This document shows, piece after piece, positions 8,338 through 15,387 of a stretch of DNA of 25,023 nt (the stretch's first letter is position 1; every line of letters starts with the position of its first letter). The stretch lies in the IMG/VR virus record IMGVR_UViG_3300035698_032497, one strand, 5' to 3'. Made by a program: the position numbers and the translations under genes. The stretch is from a virus (taxonomy: Duplodnaviria > Heunggongvirae > Uroviricota > Caudoviricetes). Under the pieces are notes generated by a model. That model made no database searches, was not told the DNA's origin, and saw only the letters and a program-made list of their open reading frames with translations.

Positions 8338-8979
8338 CTACGGTTTCATCATCCCGCCGGGGGGAGCTTCCTGTGGTCTCCCAGTCATCTTCTCCATGAT
8401 CTTGCGCTGCTCGTCGATCGATGTCCGTTCGGCGGTGCTCGGTCCGATCGCTCGTCCGCCAGCACCTGGCATGCCTCTTTTGACCCCGTGCTTTTCCGCG
8501 TTGGCGAGCTTTGTTTTCAGCTTGTCCATGGCCGAGGCTGCGTCCAGTCCGTGCCCGATCGGCTTGCCGATCTGCTGTGGTGCTGCACCAGCCGGCTGTG
8601 ACGAAGGCGTGGCCGGCTCTTGGGCGGCGCTGATCTCGATGTCCAGATCGAGCTCCCACAGGTTCGGGTCGTCGAGATCGAACTCATCTTCCTCTTTGAC
8701 CTCTCCGTCGAGCTGAAGATCGAGGTCGCCGATGAGACGGTCGGCCATGGGGGCGGCGATGCTGGCGACGGCGGCAGGTGCGTGTGCGGGGGCTGAGCTG
8801 TCGGTCCCCTGTACAGCGTCCACGAGGGCCTGGATGGTTTCGGCCATCTGGTACTCCTCGTGCGGGAGGCCGGCGTCGCTCAGGACGGCTCGGATGCCTA
8901 CGAGAACGCTATTCAGCTTCACGTTCTGCATGTCTGTGTTTCGGGCCTTTCTTTTCCTAAGTCTATCTCTGCTTCCCAT
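8338..8979 (-). CDS. Hypothetical protein with basic N-terminus and Ala/Pro-rich linkers
   Basis: 213-aa ORF, GGAAGG upstream on the - strand, convergent with the + strand structural operon; no family recognised. Confidence 0.7.
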   Translation of the reverse strand: MGSRDRLRKRKARNTDMQNVKLNSVLVGIRAVLSDAGLPHEEYQMAETIQALVDAVQGTDSSAPAHAPAAVASIAAPMADRLIGDLDLQLDGEVKEEDEFDLDDPNLWELDLDIEISAAQEPATPSSQPAGAAPQQIGKPIGHGLDAASAMDKLKTKLANAEKHGVKRGMPGAGGRAIGPSTAERTSIDEQRKIMEKMTGRPQEAPPGGMMKP

Positions 8980-9048
8980 GCCGCCCTTCCTGGTAGAGGA
9001 TACTTGGTGTTATACTCATACCCTGTTTTGGTTTCGTACGCGAGTTCG

Positions 9049-9507
9049 ATGGAGGTCACCTTGAGTCTAACCACGGATGATCGAGACGCGAGGCTGCGTA
9101 GGTTCACGAGCCTCGTTCGCAGGATCGGTTCAGGCTGCTCGACCCCTGAGTTCAGGGAGGCGTCAGAGCGGGTCGCCGAGGCGTTGGTCAAGGACAGGAC
9201 GCCTGTGCGCGAAGATCTCGCTATGGTGACGATCCTGCTACTGGACTACATCTCGAAGCACGAGGCCTGGAAGTGGGAAGGGCCCGCCAAGAAGAAGACT
9301 GTCAAGGACGCCGGGAAGGATGACTCAGCGGCGTCGAGGCCGCGTGGAGCTTTCTCCGACGAGACGGTTGACGGATCCGAGGATCTGCCACAGATGGACA
9401 GGGACAAGATCAAACGAATGCGTGAGGTGCTCGGGCTCTCTGGCGGGCGTATCGTCGTCGGTCCGGGTGGTCGGAGAGTCCTTGTGCCTGGAAGCGGGAG
9501 ATGGTGA
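9049..9507 (+). CDS. Hypothetical protein (start ATG 9049 or TTG 9061)
   Basis: GGAGG at 9051-9055 favours TTG 9061. Divergent from the 8979 gene across an AT-richer spacer containing TGTTATACT. Confidence 0.65.
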   Translation: MEVTLSLTTDDRDARLRRFTSLVRRIGSGCSTPEFREASERVAEALVKDRTPVREDLAMVTILLLDYISKHEAWKWEGPAKKKTVKDAGKDDSAASRPRGAFSDETVDGSEDLPQMDRDKIKRMREVLGLSGGRIVVGPGGRRVLVPGSGRW

Positions 9508-9764
9508 TGCATAGCAAGATCGGAAAGAGCGTGATTGACTGGATGAGGGAGGCGACCGAGGAGGAGATCGTCGAGGCCATGATGGTGGTCGGGCCAGCCA
9601 AGGCTGTCCGTGTCGTAGCACTGCTGACCAGCAGGCTCGGCCCAGAGGCAGCCATGCAGGTGAGAGACGCGATCGATCAGACCAGGGCTGACCCTGTCGA
9701 TGCATTCGCCAGGGTGGCCTTGGCCGGTGTCGGTGTCTTGTCGAGAAAAAGGCGAGGACGCTAG
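9507..9764 (+). CDS. Small helical hypothetical protein
   Basis: TGATG stop/start overlap with the upstream gene; GGGAG SD at 9496-9500. Confidence 0.65.
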   Translation: MHSKIGKSVIDWMREATEEEIVEAMMVVGPAKAVRVVALLTSRLGPEAAMQVRDAIDQTRADPVDAFARVALAGVGVLSRKRRGR

Positions 9765-10051
9765 TTGTCGGGAGAGTCCCTCTTGCCCCACCTGACGACC
9801 TCGATCACCTTGACCTCATCGAGGCCGAGGGCCGTGACGATGTCGTTGAGCTGCTCGAGGTTGATGGGGCGCGTCTTTGCTTCCCAGGCCGCCCACGTCT
9901 GACGGGAGACGTCGCACAGATCTGCCGCTTTCTGCTGGCTGATCCCGACCTTCCCGTCATGGACGAAGGTTTCCCTGAGGTTGCGCAAGACGCTGTCTTG
10001 CTGCTGGGTGTCTTTCTCTGTCGTGAGAACTTCGCTCTGTACGCTGGTCAC
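9761..10051 (-). CDS. XRE/Cro-CI family helix-turn-helix transcriptional regulator
   Basis: LRNLRE...ISQQKAADLCDVSRQTWAAWEAKTRPINLEQLNDIVTALG fits the HTH_3 pattern; GGAGGTG SD before GTG 10051. Confidence 0.88.
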   Translation of the reverse strand: MTSVQSEVLTTEKDTQQQDSVLRNLRETFVHDGKVGISQQKAADLCDVSRQTWAAWEAKTRPINLEQLNDIVTALGLDEVKVIEVVRWGKRDSPDN

Positions 10052-10071
10052 GATAATCACCTCCTTCCATG

Positions 10072-10100
10072 AGTTTAAGTCGTTCTACTCGGGGTAGCAA
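10072..10100 (-). promoter_or_regulatory. Putative sigma70 promoter for the XRE gene (TTGCTA-17-TAAACT)
   Basis: On the - strand, -35 at 10100-10095, 17-nt spacer, -10 at 10077-10072. Confidence 0.55.
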
Positions 10101-10110
10101 GTCTATGTCG

Positions 10111-10139
10111 TTTACGTTATGAGTGCGCTCGGCTACAAC
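10111..10139 (+). promoter_or_regulatory. Putative sigma70 promoter for the RdgC-like operon (TTTACG-17-TACAAC)
   Basis: -35 at 10111-10116, 17-nt spacer, -10 at 10134-10139; back-to-back with the XRE promoter. Confidence 0.45.
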
Positions 10140-10163
10140 GACGCCATCAGTGGAGATGAAGTC

Positions 10164-11135
10164 ATGTTTTCAGGCAAGCTCACCGGAAGGTTCTCGTCCA
10201 TCGACCGACAGATCGGACCCATCGACGAGCTGGCGTCGAGGGCGTCTCGTGCAGCGTGGTCCACGGATGGGCCCATCCAGAAGCTGCGGCGCGGGTGGTG
10301 TCGCTCTATTCCTCCGTACGACGGCGGTCTCGACCTCGAGACCTCTGAGCTCGGCTATGCCGATAACGGGACGGGCCTGTTCCGTCTTTGGATTCGCCAG
10401 GACGAGCGCACTGTAGGAAGGAGGGCTGTTCAGGCGATGGCGTCGGTGTTGGCGTCTCGGGACGGCAAGCGGGACGATGGCATGACGCGCCAAGAAAAGC
10501 AGGTCTACATGGTCGCGGCCAGAGAACAGCTGATGCAGCGGGCTGTGCCCAGGACCAAGATTGTCGAGTGCTTGCTGTGCCGGGACCCAGGGTGGGTGTG
10601 GATCGGGGATCGGTCTGGTCACGAGACGTGGGCGAGACGGCTCCTGTACCCTGTCTGTGGGTCAGTGACGCCTGACCCGGTGTGCTGGGCTCACGGTTCG
10701 TCTCCCGGGTGGGAGGTGCTCTCCAGGTCCTGCCTGAACGGGTGTATCCAGCGTGATAGTGACGAGCTGTCCATCGGTGATGGCGTGACCCTGATGGATG
10801 TGCGCATCAAGGGGAGCCAGGTGAGGTGCTCGGCCCAGGGCGGCGGAGACGCTGAGCACACGGCGTGGGTGCGCCGGACGATCCGGAGCATCCTGGACGA
10901 CCCTTCGGCGGCGACGACCAGGTTGACTCTGAAGGTCGTCCATGGTGGAGAGAGCACCGAGGTAACGCTCGACGAAGATGGGCTCGTCCAGGCTGACCCT
11001 CCGATGTCGAAGAACGGGCTGATCAAGGACAGGCTCGAGCGGCGGTTCAGGGACGCGAGGTTCGCTGCGTCGATAGCTGGCGATGCCATGAGGCGGATCC
11101 ATGCTGGGCTGGCGAGCTCGTCTGTCGGTGGGTAG
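10164..11135 (+). CDS. rdgC: RdgC-like recombination-associated DNA-binding protein
   Basis: GW...FRLWIRQDERTV...MTRQEKQVYMVAAREQLMQRAVPRTKIVECLL...GWVWIG follows the RdgC pattern (GW...ARKEEKILP...[23 protein letters not shown]); length typical; GGAG SD before ATG 10164. Confidence 0.7.
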   Translation: MFSGKLTGRFSSIDRQIGPIDELASRASRAAWSTDGPIQKLRRGWCRSIPPYDGGLDLETSELGYADNGTGLFRLWIRQDERTVGRRAVQAMASVLASRDGKRDDGMTRQEKQVYMVAAREQLMQRAVPRTKIVECLLCRDPGWVWIGDRSGHETWARRLLYPVCGSVTPDPVCWAHGSSPGWEVLSRSCLNGCIQRDSDELSIGDGVTLMDVRIKGSQVRCSAQGGGDAEHTAWVRRTIRSILDDPSAATTRLTLKVVHGGESTEVTLDEDGLVQADPPMSKNGLIKDRLERRFRDARFAASIAGDAMRRIHAGLASSSVGG

Positions 11136-11161
11136 ACTGTTTGTCGTGCTCGGAGTACCCG

Positions 11162-11629
11162 ATGTCGGTAGCAGATCATAGCTGGCCACGCTGGCAGAAC
11201 GACAACCCGATGTTCAACCTGCGAGAGGTGGCGCCAGGGCTGTGGATCGGAGCGTACAAGTCTCCACGTACGCCACCGTCTGGGTGCGATCTCTGGGGCG
11301 GTATCGCCGACTTCTATGGGACCTCCCGGACGTGGGACGCGGGGGTCGTTCTGAAGAGAGGGTTCGAGGACGGGTGGCCGTTTCCTGATGGCACCCTCGA
11401 TGATGTCGAGGATCTTCTTTGGCGCGCGAGGGCTGTTGGCAGGCCGGTGCTGCTCCACTGCGCGGCCGGCGCTTCTCGGTCCGTCTCGGCTGCGTACGCG
11501 ATGCTGAGGGTGGTCTATGGGCTCTCCCATGAAGAAGCGCTGCGTCGGGCCAAGGAAGACGAAGACTCGGAGTATCCCGTCAAGGAGACGCTCAGGTCTG
11601 CCATGAAGTGGGTGGCCGAGCACTCGTGA
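11162..11629 (+). CDS. Dual-specificity / tyrosine-type (CX5R) phosphatase
   Basis: VLLHCAAGASRSVSAAYAML active-site loop, upstream acid loop FEDG, N-terminal EVAPGLWIG typical of DSPc; GGAG SD before ATG 11162. Confidence 0.92.
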   Translation: MSVADHSWPRWQNDNPMFNLREVAPGLWIGAYKSPRTPPSGCDLWGGIADFYGTSRTWDAGVVLKRGFEDGWPFPDGTLDDVEDLLWRARAVGRPVLLHCAAGASRSVSAAYAMLRVVYGLSHEEALRRAKEDEDSEYPVKETLRSAMKWVAEHS

Positions 11630-11637
11630 TGTCGGTA

Positions 11638-11710
11638 TCTGCCGCCGCCTGAGCTCTTGTCTGCCGCCGCCTGAGCCACACCGGCCATCTCTGTCTGCCG
11701 CCGCCTGAGC
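11638..11710. repeat. Three exact 17-bp direct repeats TCTGCCGCCGCCTGAGC between convergent genes
   Basis: Copies at 11638-11654, 11660-11676 and 11694-11710, with 5- and 17-nt spacers. Confidence 0.92.
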
Positions 11711-11721
11711 CTCGCCTGTCG

Positions 11722-12327
11722 TTAGAACGGGACGTCCAGGGCGGCTTCTCCCTTGACGAGAATCCTCCTGAGCGTGAGCTGGAGGTCTTCCGGCATCCCT
11801 TCGATGGGGCTCATCGGCTCTGGCATCTCCGATGCTCTGATGGCAAGGACGTCGTCGAGCCACCTCGGTGGGATGATCGACGGGATGCCCTCATCGTAGT
11901 CGTCGGGGTTCTCGTACCTTTCCCATGTGTCGATGGCGCGCTGCCAGTCGACCAAGGCCTTGTAGGCGTTCGCCAGGATCTCGGCGCGCTCGATGATGGG
12001 CTCTCTCTGAACCAGGATGCGCCCGGATGGGAGCTCGATGACCTTGCAGAAGATCGATAGGGTGGTGCGCCTCATGGCTCTACCGTATGGCGTAGGGAAG
12101 ATCTCGCAGACTTTCCCCGGCGGAACATGGAGGCATTCTTGGTGAGAGCAGGTGACGTATCCTGGGTACAGGAGCCTTCCGAACGGCGCCGCATCCTTTC
12201 CGCAGGAGACGCATCGTGGCCTGGACTTGAAGGCCACCGGCTTGCCAGAGATCGGCAGCGCATGGATCTTGTCCACAACGGATAGCGGATTGACGCCTGG
12301 AAACTCTGGTCTGTCCATCCCTGTCAT
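11722..12327 (-). CDS. Hypothetical protein with Zn-ribbon-like Cys motif and C-terminal ...DVPF tip
   Basis: CVSC...CSHQEC; 201-aa ORF (true start may be ATG 12318); terminal LDVPF. Confidence 0.75.
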   Translation of the reverse strand: MTGMDRPEFPGVNPLSVVDKIHALPISGKPVAFKSRPRCVSCGKDAAPFGRLLYPGYVTCSHQECLHVPPGKVCEIFPTPYGRAMRRTTLSIFCKVIELPSGRILVQREPIIERAEILANAYKALVDWQRAIDTWERYENPDDYDEGIPSIIPPRWLDDVLAIRASEMPEPMSPIEGMPEDLQLTLRRILVKGEAALDVPF

Positions 12328-12416
12328 TTCCTCGTTTGTTCGTTATACACCTTATCACTTTTGGGCTTGACCGCAACACTCATGGTGATACTCTGCCTGT
12401 GCACGTTGAGGAAGTT

Positions 12417-13400
12417 ATGTCACAGCAAGTTCTCACCTTCCCCTCTCAGGGGAGCGTATCACGGCGGCTCGTCCCAGGCATGGGAGCGATGGTGGACTAC
12501 GAGTCCATGGCCATCACTCCTTGCACGCTGGACGTTATCGGATCTTGTCTGAAGCGACTCTCTCGTTACGGTGTTCATGTTGGGCCATCGGCCAGGTCTT
12601 CGAGCTGCAGTATTCTGACGCACTCCATGTACACGGGGGAGCTGTCCAAGAGGATCGCCGAGCCCTACATGAACGATCTTGGGCTCCCTGCTGGGTCCCT
12701 GGTCGCCGGGATGGCAGGAGCCACGCACGACGTCGGTAAGATCTTCGGAGGTTCGCTTCCGGCCATGGTCCCCGAAGGCGTCAGGCGTGGAATGGATGAG
12801 TACCAGGGTCAGTGCCGCAGCGCGGTGTTGGCCATGCTCGGATACCCCGCCATTTTCTGTGAGCTCATTGGGCCGCTGGTCGAGCTCTGCTCCCTGCTGT
12901 GTATCAAGTGGGAGATGGAGGCCATCGGATCTATCGAGGCGTTCCATTACGGGAGCTGGTGTAGCCGAGTGGAAGCGTTGGCGGCGGCGTGTCCGGTCGT
13001 ATCGGGATGGAACCGTGCGGGCCTGTCGGTCATAGCGGACTCGGTGTTCTCGGATCTCGGCAAGAAGGGCGATCCATGTTCGATCGATGTAGTGAAGGTG
13101 CCCTCGAGATGGAGGTCGCTCGCGGCTCCCGAGATCGTCATTGGGTTCCCTTTCTCCTCCGGTGACGGGGGCTCTTGCGCTATCTTCTCGGCCTGGGATC
13201 GGGCTGAGATCCCGACGGGCGCGTGGGGAGGACTGGATCACAGGGTTTTCTGTACGTGGCTCGCTTCCATTTCTCCTGGAAATCCGTTCGGGCTGTACGA
13301 TCTGCTCGACGCCAAGAGCGACGGCATGGCTCGTAGTTGGCACGTCCTGTCCGATGGAACCCCGACCAGGGCACACAACGTTTCCAGGAGCTCGTCATGA
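12417..13400 (+). CDS. HD-domain protein, YfdR/YfbR-like (5'-deoxynucleotidase-type), apparently degenerate
   Basis: LKRLSRYGVH...SILTHS...AGATHDVGK...LP matches the R-(F/Y)-x-x-H...S-x-x-x-HS...HD layout of YfdR-like proteins; GAGGA SD before ATG 12417. Confidence 0.65.
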   Translation: MSQQVLTFPSQGSVSRRLVPGMGAMVDYESMAITPCTLDVIGSCLKRLSRYGVHVGPSARSSSCSILTHSMYTGELSKRIAEPYMNDLGLPAGSLVAGMAGATHDVGKIFGGSLPAMVPEGVRRGMDEYQGQCRSAVLAMLGYPAIFCELIGPLVELCSLLCIKWEMEAIGSIEAFHYGSWCSRVEALAAACPVVSGWNRAGLSVIADSVFSDLGKKGDPCSIDVVKVPSRWRSLAAPEIVIGFPFSSGDGGSCAIFSAWDRAEIPTGAWGGLDHRVFCTWLASISPGNPFGLYDLLDAKSDGMARSWHVLSDGTPTRAHNVSRSSS

Positions 13401-14197
13401 TCCACGTTCTGATTGAGGGATTCGGGGCTTCTGGCTTCGGTTGGCAGATCGCAGCGATCGGCTCGAGTGAGATGGTCGTGACCGTATGCAGCCCTGGGGA
13501 TGAGCTCCACCCATCCGATATCTTGATCGTAGGGCCCGATTCGTCGCGCTCTCCTCATGAGTCAGCGTCGACATGCGGGGCGAGAATCCTGCTGCAGGTC
13601 GACGAGCTGGGGTCGGATGGTCATCCTGGCGGTATCGGACGGTCGAAGCTGGCGAAGCGCTGGAGTGTTCCATTGGACGCGGAGGGTTTTGGATCCATCG
13701 TCGTTCACCAGTACATGGTCACGTGTCACTCCGTTCAGGCGCTGCATCCTCCGCGGCGAACGCATGGTCCGGGAGCCCCTCTGAGCGAGTCTGGCTTGGT
13801 CAAGATGTGGGACGAGGAGTTGTTCCGTGGAGTCGGGGTCGAGATCGATCAGCGTGTTCCGGAGTACTCCAGGGAGATCAAGCTGGCCATGGAGGGGCGT
13901 CGTCCGCTCCCAATCCTTCCCGGGGTAGCCTTCTGCCTCCCACGGTCGGTGGCTGTGTTCCCGGTCGAGTCCGGTGGGGAGACGCTGAAGGTGTCCGGCC
14001 TACTGTGCCATTCGATGACCAGTGCCCTCGGCTTTGTCTTGATCACGGTCCCGGAGCTGGTCTCCATGATGGGGTACGCCCCCGAGAACGCCGAGTCGCT
14101 CGATTGGAAGCAGATCCGAGCTCTCACTCCCATCCCATTCGCGAGAAGTCTCCTGAGCTGGTGCCTCGAGTCCGCCAGGAAGCTTCCAGAGAAGTAG
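13397..14197 (+). CDS. Hypothetical protein with N-terminal Rossmann-like GxGxxG motif
   Basis: ATGA overlap with the HD gene; GGAG SD; begins HVLIEGFGASG. Confidence 0.65.
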   Translation: MIHVLIEGFGASGFGWQIAAIGSSEMVVTVCSPGDELHPSDILIVGPDSSRSPHESASTCGARILLQVDELGSDGHPGGIGRSKLAKRWSVPLDAEGFGSIVVHQYMVTCHSVQALHPPRRTHGPGAPLSESGLVKMWDEELFRGVGVEIDQRVPEYSREIKLAMEGRRPLPILPGVAFCLPRSVAVFPVESGGETLKVSGLLCHSMTSALGFVLITVPELVSMMGYAPENAESLDWKQIRALTPIPFARSLLSWCLESARKLPEK

Positions 14198-14301
14198 AAA
14201 AACAACGATTTCCAGGGCTTCGTCCTGGATTACCCCGCCGGGCTCACACCTGGCATTTCCAGAGGGCCAAAAGCCCTCAATCCAACAGAGAGAGAAACAC
14301 C

Positions 14302-15234
14302 ATGAGCGACGACATCAGCAAGAACGCAGTGCCCGAGCGCATCGATGACGGTCTGGACTTCCTGGAAGCGGAGGTCCTGGTCGAGGATCGCGCCTTCGGC
14401 TCGGTCTACCCCGTGCTGCAGTGGGTCAACGGCAAGGCCAGCCAGAAGAAGGCGGGCGACGTCAGCTTCACCGGCGGCTTCTTCATCAGCGCCGAGCAGG
14501 GCATCGAGATCCCGGGCTTCGCCCCGCACACGCTGATCACCAACGACGGCACCGAGGTCGAGGGCTTCTCCTCTCGTGATGTCGATCTGTCCGTGGTCCG
14601 CATCCGCAAGTCCTGGAGCGTCACCCCCAAGGAGGGCGGCGGCTTGTCCCAGCGCTACGGCTACGACGAGTTCGAGGATGCCCAGGCTTCCGGCGATCCC
14701 CGCGGCAGCACCCACATCCTGGTCTGCGTCAACGGCATGAAGGAGCCCCTGATGCTCGCCACCTCCGGCTACACTGCTCGGGCGCTGGCCGCGGCTGGCC
14801 AGGGTCGCGACCGTGGCATCATCCCCCGCTACTCCGGCAAGGTCATCACCGCGGCCAACCGCCTGGCCAAGCGCGGTGGGCGCAGCACCCAGTACCCCCT
14901 GTGCGCCTTCTCGCTGAAGGTCGGTCCCAAGCGCGACGAGAAGGGCATCCCCCTCTTCGACGAAGTCGGCACCAAGCAGAAGTCCCCCGTGACCCTGCCT
15001 GTGTGGCTCGACGAGCCCAAGGCCGTGGACACCGACTACCTCAAGGTCTCCTACGTGGGCAACGAGATGTTCGCCGCCTACCAGGCCATCCACCAGGAAG
15101 CCGACGAGTGGGTCTCCAGCTGGGACTCCGAGGCCCTCTCCGCCCTGCGCAACCGCGGCAAGAAGGCCGAGGTCGCCCAGCCCGTGGTCGAAGGTGAGAG
15201 TGCACTGCCCGGCGCCGAGGCGATGCCCTTCTAG
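14302..15234 (+). CDS. Probable phage single-stranded DNA-binding protein (310 aa), highly expressed
   Basis: True start at ATG 14302 (the upstream extension in the ORF track is shadow of the 13397 gene). Extreme C/G-ending codons, aromatic/beta-rich core, flexible tail ending EAMPF like SSB C-terminal tips; followed by a terminator. The CDS is secure; the function is inferred. Confidence 0.55.
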   Translation: MSDDISKNAVPERIDDGLDFLEAEVLVEDRAFGSVYPVLQWVNGKASQKKAGDVSFTGGFFISAEQGIEIPGFAPHTLITNDGTEVEGFSSRDVDLSVVRIRKSWSVTPKEGGGLSQRYGYDEFEDAQASGDPRGSTHILVCVNGMKEPLMLATSGYTARALAAAGQGRDRGIIPRYSGKVITAANRLAKRGGRSTQYPLCAFSLKVGPKRDEKGIPLFDEVGTKQKSPVTLPVWLDEPKAVDTDYLKVSYVGNEMFAAYQAIHQEADEWVSSWDSEALSALRNRGKKAEVAQPVVEGESALPGAEAMPF

Positions 15235-15278
15235 TCGAGGCACCTTCGAGGTCATCGACAGCGACAGCGAGTCAGCGC

Positions 15279-15320
15279 GCCCCCCTTCCGCCGAGTGCGG
15301 GAGGGGGGCTTCGGTGTTTG
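15279..15320 (+). terminator. Rho-independent terminator-like hairpin
   Basis: GCCCCCCTTCCGC-cgagt-GCGGGAGGGGGGC, a 13-bp stem with one G-U, followed by TTCGGTGTTTG. Confidence 0.75.
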
Positions 15321-15332
15321 TGGGACAGTAGC

Positions 15333-15361
15333 TTGCCACCGCTGGTAGCATGTGTTACTGT
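15333..15361 (+). promoter_or_regulatory. Putative sigma70 promoter TTGCCA-17-TACTGT with extended -10 TG
   Basis: Read directly; lies just after the terminator and 27 nt before ATG 15388. Confidence 0.55.
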
Positions 15362-15387
15362 CTTTTCAACCACAGAAGGAGTGCGAC

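Noticed and set aside
11638-11710. Possible mini-CRISPR array
   Set aside because: Repeats are only 17 bp, spacers are 5 and 17 nt and unequal, and no cas genes are present.
3114-12396. Shared motif GTGATACNCTGC at 3114 and 12385 as a phage-specific promoter
   Set aside because: Only two copies at different distances from the starts; an 11/12 match between intergenic regions is plausible by chance.
13573-15351. 553-aa version of the SSB-like ORF and antisense ORF 14230-15351
   Set aside because: The upstream extension overlaps the 13397-14197 gene in another frame and has shadow-like composition; the antisense ORF mirrors a strongly biased gene.
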